Shown one piece after another: positions 57,569-64,000 of a DNA stretch of 64,000 nt. The position numbers and the translations under genes are program-made. Source of the DNA: a virus; the IMG/VR virus record IMGVR_UViG_3300005573_001035, positions 1-64,000 of that record. The stretch is one strand, 5' to 3'. The notes under the pieces were generated by a model. That model did not search any database, was not told the origin of the DNA, and saw nothing but the letters and a program-made list of their open reading frames with translations. Every line of letters starts with the position of its first letter. Within the stretch, counting starts at the first letter, position 1.

Positions 57569-60500
57569 ATAGTTGCTTTTAGATACAATTCTCGATACGC
57601 ATCTATAAGACTACTTTTCCAATTTCTTTCATCTGCAAAACGATAGATATTCATTCGATCCACCTGATCTGGACCCAATAATTCTTTCGCATCTGCAATA
57701 CTAATTAGAACAACATTACCGTCTTCTTCCACTACGTCTTCAAAAACATCAGGATAACAAACTGCCATTACAATCTTTCGATCTGGAAATGCTGACCTTA
57801 CCTCTGGGAAAATAGTTCTAAACATATAATGGTCCCCAATTCCATTGTCAAGAACAATGAATTTTGGAGGAACTGGGACAATATTCCATTGTTTTAGAAA
57901 AGAAGCAAAGATCCCTTCGTCATGGTTCCACATCTCTGCTCTGGTTCCTGAACGAATCCCGCCTTGCTCCTCTCTTAGATGCCAGGTAATGGCCTCAGAA
58001 TCTACAAGTAACTTATATCCCTTCCTATACATAGAATATGTAAAGATTGTTTCCTCTCTATGTGCCACCTGAGATAGATCCAAACAGTAATCTACAATCT
58101 TCGCTCGATAAAGGAAGGAACTATATAGATGCTCTACATAGAATACTGGGAATCTCCCGCTGGTTGGGTCTCTCTCATGTTTGTACCACTGGATATTAGG
58201 AGCCCAGTAAATGTCTTTAATTTCATTGAAAGAAAGGATGTTAGATCTTGGAGAGACATTAGCTTTGGTGGGTAGAACCAGGCCAGCTACTGCTCCAATC
58301 TTCTTTTGGTCTGAATCTTCAATAAAGTGACTTAAAAGGATCTCCAAAGTCTTAGGTTCTGCAATCTCGTCATCATCTATCCTCCAGACTAGATCTTTTG
58401 CCATCTCTTGGCTTTTCTGGTGGTTATGGTGTTGACCTAGTCTGGGAGTAAAGAAAACAGACCACTTGATGCCTTTCTGAGATATCAAAGAAAAGATATT
58501 TTGATATGTACTATTCTCTCTTAGATCTTTCTGCTCTCCATCATCGAAGATAACCAGCTCATCTGGGGGAACCGTTTGATTCGCAATTGAGATTAATGTC
58601 ATGGGTAACGTAGTAAAATAACGGTCCTTCGTTGAGATACAGCACAAAACGTGGGGCTTAGAAGATGCTGGCTGGATTGTCTCAATGTTGTGTTGTGATT
58701 CTTCGATCTGAGATTCTTCATTCTTAATTTCGGAAGATGTGTCATCATTACTAGGTTGCTCTTCTAGAATCGTAGGCATGTTTTCTTGTTCCTCCTTTTT
58801 ACTAGTTTCTGGGAATCGAGTTGAGAAGATTATAGCTTTATCTCTACATTTTGAACATACAGGTTTTCCTTCAAAAAGCTCATATATTTCCTCTAAGCAA
58901 GATGAGCAGTGGTAGATCTTCCTATATGTTTTTCCTTTTTCCCATTTCATAAGCATGATATTAAAGATCCCCTGGGGATATACCCTAGATGGAATCTTCC
59001 ATGGTACATTAGAAATAAGACCATCTTCATTCATGTAATAGTAATCGAAATCAGGAAAATGCTCTTCTCCTAAGCCATGTAACTTGTGGTGGAATCCCCA
59101 GAAACCATACGGCTCTCGATAAGGAACAGAAACAAGCAACTTAGAACAGCTCTTCTTTAAAGAATTTAGAAATTCGACCCCGTTTTCTAAGTGCTCAATG
59201 GTATCAAAACACACAATGGTATCGACACTAACATTCTCCCATATAAACGTCTTTGTAATATCTGCTTGCATAAACATAGCTTCTGGGTAATTTGCTCTAG
59301 CAAATTCAATAATATTACCATCAATATCGACTCCCAGATACGTACATCCTTTCTCTATAAAGTACATACATCCATAACCGGACCCACAACCAAGCTCAAG
59401 TATTGATTCTCCAGGGAGAACTTGGTCGGAACCCCACTTGTATTTTTCATGCTCTCGAGTTGGAGGTCGTATGAATCTAGGAATCACAGGCCTTTCATAC
59501 TGATTGCCATATTTCTGTTGTAGGTAAGTTAAATTGTATCTTTCTTTTAGAATTTGGCTATTCCTCTTAAAAGATTCATCCCACTGGGGTAAACCATGAA
59601 CCGTAGCCTCTCCTTTATGGTAAATTGGAAAGCCTCCAACTAGTACCCCAGGCTCAGAATCAGATCTTTGTAAAGTTCCCGGCTCTGGAACCTGAACAAG
59701 CTTGTAACCATAATATCTAGCCTTAACACAAAAATCAGTATCTTCTCCTGCTCCAGGATAAAAAGTTTCGTCTAAAAGTCCAACTTGGTCAAAAACTTGT
59801 CTCTTAATCATAACACAAAAGAAAACGATAAATTCTTGTTGCGCCGGCTCACTTGTTGTAAGAATTGGTCCAGTAATACCAACTGAGTCATCGTTTAGAA
59901 AAGGCGTTACCAATAGATCCAACCAGTTATTAGGATAACGAGGATATATAACAACATCATTATTCAGTAGGACTACAAACTGGCCTTTGCTAACGTTAAT
60001 TCCTTCGTTTACTGCTCGACCATAGCCCAGAGGTTCGGAAAAACTTAGTAGCTTAACGTAGGGGTGATTAAGACTTCGAACAAAATCTTCGGTTCCATCT
60101 GAACAGCCGTTAGCAACAACTATGATTTCAGTATCTCCATTTTTGAAATTTGTATTTTCAATAACACTCTGAAGGCATGGTTTTAAGCAATCTTCTAAAT
60201 GATTATACGTTGGGATAATAATAGAGTACTTCATTTTATCAAAGTATCGATCTTTGATAATTTGCATATTTCTATTATAGATATCATCCCATTGTGGAAG
60301 ATCAAAAACCGTTTTCTCAGCAGCATGATAAATAGGGAAGCTCGTGGTATATGTCCAAGTATCTCTTTCTTCTGGCACCTCGACTATTTTGTATCCCCCA
60401 AGAATAACTTTCATACAGTAATCTATATCTTCACCAGATCCAGGAGAAAACACTTCATCGAGAAGACCAAATTTCTGGATTATCTCTCTTTTGATCATAA

Positions 60501-60942
60501 CTGTGGAGAAAACCAAAAATTTCTTACTTCCCAAGAACTCCGGTCTTTGTAGCTTGTTAGTTCCTGTAATTGCTACAAGTGGGTCTTCTAAAAATGGTTT
60601 TACAAGTATATTAAGCCAATCATCTGGAGCTTGCCAATCAAGTAGAACAACATCGTTATTTAAAAGAACGATAAACTCACCCTTAGCAACTTTAAGCCCC
60701 TCATTGGTAGCTCTCGTATAACCAAGGGGAGCAGGAAAGGTCAGCAACTTAAAAATATCATTGGAATAGCGCTCTTGAAGAGCAGAAACATATTGCTCCG
60801 TTCCATCTACACAACCATTCGCAACAATAATGATTTCGATTTCTCCTGGTCTTAGCGTAGTTGTTTTAATAAGACTTTCTATACAAGGTCTTAAACAATC
60901 GTTTAGGTGGTTATATGTGGGAATTATAACAGAGTACTTCAT
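57565..60942 (-). CDS. Multidomain protein: GT2-GT2-SAM methyltransferase-Zn ribbon-GT2-GT9 N-half
   Basis: Two YS.IIPTYN...LNNDV...GED.D domains; LELGCGSG; CSSC...CSKC; IFDDG...IDDD; GIGD near the C-terminus. Confidence 0.88.
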   Translation of the reverse strand: MKYSVIIPTYNHLNDCLRPCIESLIKTTTLRPGEIEIIIVANGCVDGTEQYVSALQERYSNDIFKLLTFPAPLGYTRATNEGLKVAKGEFIVLLNNDVVLLDWQAPDDWLNILVKPFLEDPLVAITGTNKLQRPEFLGSKKFLVFSTVMIKREIIQKFGLLDEVFSPGSGEDIDYCMKVILGGYKIVEVPEERDTWTYTTSFPIYHAAEKTVFDLPQWDDIYNRNMQIIKDRYFDKMKYSIIIPTYNHLEDCLKPCLQSVIENTNFKNGDTEIIVVANGCSDGTEDFVRSLNHPYVKLLSFSEPLGYGRAVNEGINVSKGQFVVLLNNDVVIYPRYPNNWLDLLVTPFLNDDSVGITGPILTTSEPAQQEFIVFFCVMIKRQVFDQVGLLDETFYPGAGEDTDFCVKARYYGYKLVQVPEPGTLQRSDSEPGVLVGGFPIYHKGEATVHGLPQWDESFKRNSQILKERYNLTYLQQKYGNQYERPVIPRFIRPPTREHEKYKWGSDQVLPGESILELGCGSGYGCMYFIEKGCTYLGVDIDGNIIEFARANYPEAMFMQADITKTFIWENVSVDTIVCFDTIEHLENGVEFLNSLKKSCSKLLVSVPYREPYGFWGFHHKLHGLGEEHFPDFDYYYMNEDGLISNVPWKIPSRVYPQGIFNIMLMKWEKGKTYRKIYHCSSCLEEIYELFEGKPVCSKCRDKAIIFSTRFPETSKKEEQENMPTILEEQPSNDDTSSEIKNEESQIEESQHNIETIQPASSKPHVLCCISTKDRYFTTLPMTLISIANQTVPPDELVIFDDGEQKDLRENSTYQNIFSLISQKGIKWSVFFTPRLGQHHNHQKSQEMAKDLVWRIDDDEIAEPKTLEILLSHFIEDSDQKKIGAVAGLVLPTKANVSPRSNILSFNEIKDIYWAPNIQWYKHERDPTSGRFPVFYVEHLYSSFLYRAKIVDYCLDLSQVAHREETIFTYSMYRKGYKLLVDSEAITWHLREEQGGIRSGTRAEMWNHDEGIFASFLKQWNIVPVPPKFIVLDNGIGDHYMFRTIFPEVRSAFPDRKIVMAVCYPDVFEDVVEEDGNVVLISIADAKELLGPDQVDRMNIYRFADERNWKSSLIDAYRELYLKATI

Positions 60943-63518
60943 GGTTTGAAAGTCCTGACTAGTTTCTTTTCTATGAATTTAGCTAAATTCTTAGTTACAA
61001 ATTCTGGATAACTAGAATCAATTTCAACAAATTGAAATGCTATATCTTTTCTACCAAACACATCTTGGCCTTTTTCTAAGCAAGATAAAATATAGTTCGG
61101 ATCTTTGAACTGAGGTGAGTTGTATTCTTGATGTGCATAGCTTTCAATTTTTGAAACTATATGATTGACATCTCCCAAAAAACTAAAGTGCCACCCTCCA
61201 TTCGGAATTATGTTCTCGCTCTCAGTATATCGAATTTGCTCAGGAGTCATATCTTTTGCTTTTGAGTAAGGTAAAATCTTAAACCACCGCCAAGTCCCGA
61301 GTTCTTTACAGTTAAGAAAATAGTAATAGAGACTTTGTTCAAGAGTTGAGAAACCATCTTTTAGTCGGTAGTTTCTTAAGACGGAAGCTCTGGGTATTTC
61401 ATCAACATCTGAGACACAAACCAAATCTCCATCTGAACAATTTTTCCAGCCTCTTGAAATGCAACTTCTCTGATATCTCTCTCTAACCCAAGGATCTGGT
61501 CCCGAGGGCATATCATCAACGACAATATGAATAACTTTATCTAGAAACTTTTCAAATCTTTTCTTATTGGTTTCAAAGTACAGAGGTTTATCTTTGTCAG
61601 AAAAGGTTCTAGTTGCTTCCACAAGAACAAAGTAATCAACCACATCATATAACTCGTTAAAACGAATCTCTAACACATCCAACTCATTATAGAAAATAAA
61701 TCCATCATATAAGAACGGTTTCCTACTCAACCAAATATTGCCATTTACCAAGACATGAAAACCCAGTTCTTCAAGAACCGCATTTCTAACAGAATCAGAA
61801 AGAAAATCATGCCCAGCTAATCCCCCGCCCCCCTTAACTTTTGGATACCAGTAAAGAATCGTTCTTTTAACTTCCTTCGTAGAATGCCCAGTATCAATGA
61901 AAACGAAGTCAAAGAACTTATCTCGAAAAACCTTACTTGCATCTATGGAATCCATTTGCATTAGGGTTACATAGGAGGATAAACCAAACTTAGCAATGTT
62001 ACTTACAAATTCCTTGTAAACAGAATCAAACATTTCTTTCGTCCAGCCCTGAAAGAAAGGCTCTCCTTCGCTTCCAGCAAAAGTATCGATAGCATAAACT
62101 TTTAGATTCTTATTTTTGATTACATCCGCAACTGAGCACAAAGATCTTCCTTTCCAAACTCCCAGCTCAGCAATAATGGCATTTTGGGGTAACATAGAAA
62201 GGGCTATTCGATACGCATTTATATCCTCTCTAGGAAACCATCCATCTGGAAACTCATCGTTACATTTATCAGAGATGATTTCTCCATCAGATGGTTCAAT
62301 TTGAGAAAAATCTTTAGCTTTTTTGCACTCAATTCTAAAGTTTCGACCCCAGTGGTGGACATATACTGGGTCTTTTCTTTGAAATGAATCAAATCCAGCC
62401 CCATAAAGATGGTCAATTAGTATCTCATCATACCATCCAAACTTATGAGGAGTCTGGGGTAGAGTTGTCCCATATATGCAATTCAATAGAATGTATCTTT
62501 CTTGTTTCGAAACATAGGGAAATGCTTGACAAATTTGTAATATATCAGGCATTTCAATAAAGAGCTTTCCCCCTGGTTTCAAAACTCGGTTCCACTCCTT
62601 AAACATTGCCATGACTTCTCTTGGATCAAAATGCTCAACTAAATGAGAAGCATGAATCTCATCAATGCTTGACGAATCAAAAGGTAAAGATCTTGCATCT
62701 GCCTTAACATCCGCAAACTCACTATCAATATCAACGTTTATACAGTTGGGCATAATCCAGTTACCACAACCTAGATTTAACCTTTTTCTGGTGGTAAGAT
62801 TTCGGTGTTTTTGAAGAAGTAAGGATTCATTCCTAGTCATAATCTTAGAGACATCTTCCGGAATCCATCTTGAGAAAGTTCTGTTTCCTTTATGGTAAAT
62901 TGGAAATTCTCCAAACATATGAGTTGGAGTGTATTTGGGGGATTGTTTCTCAGGAACCTGCACAATTTTGTAACCTAAATCGTATACTCGAATACAAAAA
63001 TCTACATCTTCACAAAAACCAGGAGAAAAATCCTCATCAAGCCCACCCAAAGCCAGAAATAAAGACTTGTATGTCATAACACAGAAGAACATAGCATAAT
63101 CTACACCTAGAACTTTGTGCTTAGCAACCATGGGACCAGAAATTCCAGTTCGATAATCTTTCTTAAAAGGTTCTTCTAGAATTCGAATCCAGGTACTAGA
63201 AGATCCAGAATCTAGAATTACAACATCATCATTAAGTATAATAATCTTATCTCCATTTGCCTTAGAAACTCCTGTGTTTACGGCTTTGGGAAAACCCACT
63301 GGTTCTCGAATCCAGTACAAACGAAACTCTTTTCCATAACTCCTTACATGGTCGTGAGTTGTGTCTGTGCACCCATTGGCAACAACTATAATCTCAGTAT
63401 CTTCAGATGAGAAATCGGTATTTTTCTCAATTGATTTTAAACATTCTTTTAAGTTTTCCACATTATTATACGTAGGAATGATTATAGAATACTTAATTTT
63501 AGGATTCGGTTGGTTCAT
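60939..63518 (-). CDS. Multidomain protein: GT2, two SAM methyltransferases and GT17-like domain
   Basis: YSIIIPTYN; LNLGCG...VLKPGG; ELGVWKGRS...FIDTGH...AGHD; FYNELDVLEIR, SDVDEIP, GGWHFSF. Confidence 0.9.
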   Translation of the reverse strand: MNQPNPKIKYSIIIPTYNNVENLKECLKSIEKNTDFSSEDTEIIVVANGCTDTTHDHVRSYGKEFRLYWIREPVGFPKAVNTGVSKANGDKIIILNDDVVILDSGSSSTWIRILEEPFKKDYRTGISGPMVAKHKVLGVDYAMFFCVMTYKSLFLALGGLDEDFSPGFCEDVDFCIRVYDLGYKIVQVPEKQSPKYTPTHMFGEFPIYHKGNRTFSRWIPEDVSKIMTRNESLLLQKHRNLTTRKRLNLGCGNWIMPNCINVDIDSEFADVKADARSLPFDSSSIDEIHASHLVEHFDPREVMAMFKEWNRVLKPGGKLFIEMPDILQICQAFPYVSKQERYILLNCIYGTTLPQTPHKFGWYDEILIDHLYGAGFDSFQRKDPVYVHHWGRNFRIECKKAKDFSQIEPSDGEIISDKCNDEFPDGWFPREDINAYRIALSMLPQNAIIAELGVWKGRSLCSVADVIKNKNLKVYAIDTFAGSEGEPFFQGWTKEMFDSVYKEFVSNIAKFGLSSYVTLMQMDSIDASKVFRDKFFDFVFIDTGHSTKEVKRTILYWYPKVKGGGGLAGHDFLSDSVRNAVLEELGFHVLVNGNIWLSRKPFLYDGFIFYNELDVLEIRFNELYDVVDYFVLVEATRTFSDKDKPLYFETNKKRFEKFLDKVIHIVVDDMPSGPDPWVRERYQRSCISRGWKNCSDGDLVCVSDVDEIPRASVLRNYRLKDGFSTLEQSLYYYFLNCKELGTWRWFKILPYSKAKDMTPEQIRYTESENIIPNGGWHFSFLGDVNHIVSKIESYAHQEYNSPQFKDPNYILSCLEKGQDVFGRKDIAFQFVEIDSSYPEFVTKNLAKFIEKKLVRTFKP

Positions 63519-63540
63519 TTTTGTAAGGCACCCCCTCTTC

Positions 63541-63999
63541 TCAAAGACTTAGCTTTCTACAAACATGAGTATCTTCAAAAATCAAGACCAATTGGAGAGC
63601 TAAGTCTGGATCTGGTTGTGAATCTAAATCAATGGGCTCTGATGTCCAAACATCAAACTGAAATTTTCTTGCTTTCCCCAAGTACAAGTTTAAATTCTGA
63701 GGGTGACCAAATAAGGACGGTTTGGATTTTGTAAAGATTACCACTCCTGGTTTTCCTACTTCGTTGGCAAGATGTTGAAAAAAGTTATCGACACTAATCC
63801 AATAATGGCACTTAGCAATGTAGGACTTAAGTTCAGAAAGCGAAAGGTCATAATATATATTATCAATCAAGTCCGGACATAGAATTGGTTCTCCACTTAG
63901 AGAAAACTGGATAAATTTTCTTTTTCTTCCCCCACTTTCTTTTAGTTTCTCCAAGAATGGAATCCAATATAAATAGTTTTTTGCACATGTAAGGACATA
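63541..63999 (-). CDS. Second GT9-like C-terminal-half protein (5' end off the window)
   Basis: Frame open to the window edge (..CAKNYLYW..); WISVDNFFQHLA..KPGVVIF; paralog of 57032..57568. Confidence 0.7.
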   Translation of the reverse strand, partial: YVLTCAKNYLYWIPFLEKLKESGGRKRKFIQFSLSGEPILCPDLIDNIYYDLSLSELKSYIAKCHYWISVDNFFQHLANEVGKPGVVIFTKSKPSLFGHPQNLNLYLGKARKFQFDVWTSEPIDLDSQPDPDLALQLVLIFEDTHVCRKLSL

Positions 64000-64000
64000 T

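Noticed and set aside
260-63734. All plus-strand ORFs in the track
   Set aside because: They are short, mostly antisense to well-supported genes and lack motifs; those in the repeat array are shadows of the periodic sequence.
1-64000. tRNA, rRNA, IS elements, inteins
   Set aside because: No cloverleaf with a T-loop consensus, rRNA-like tract, transposase or intein motif was recognised by eye; dedicated scans could still find weak cases.

Overview
This 64-kb window looks like part of a large, AT-rich (jumbo-type) phage genome. Every credible gene lies on the minus strand, many with GGAGG-like Shine-Dalgarno sites or ATGA-type overlaps, and TAA, TAG and TGA are all used as stops. A bacterial host is suggested by the SD sites, an ECF-like sigma factor and a protein ending in the bacterial SSB tail DDDIPF. 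Replication and repair genes: a family-B DNA polymerase fused to a family-4 uracil-DNA glycosylase (absent from the ORF track because it runs off the left edge), a small divergent PolB-like palm protein, a LigD-type AEP primase-polymerase, SbcCD, an SF2 helicase, GyrB/GyrA-like topoisomerase II and a putative SSB. Transcription genes: two distinct multisubunit RNA polymerase cores, each ordered beta' then beta, one with beta split at a single in-frame TAA. Other genes: QueC, QueD, FolE2, dCTP deaminase-like, RmlC, a HAD nucleotidase, an E1/ThiF-like plus E2-like pair, MoxR/vWA, a metacaspase and large multidomain glycosyltransferase-methyltransferase polyproteins. The most unusual elements are nine paralogous genes built from a 24-aa Trp-rich 'WPED' repeat with shuffled caps, a compact pseudoknotted RNA candidate at about 5.0 kb, and a repeat-flanked twin-hairpin element at about 45.3 kb. 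No tRNA, rRNA, CRISPR array, reverse transcriptase or recognisable virion structural gene was seen. All assignments come from motif recognition by eye, not database searches.
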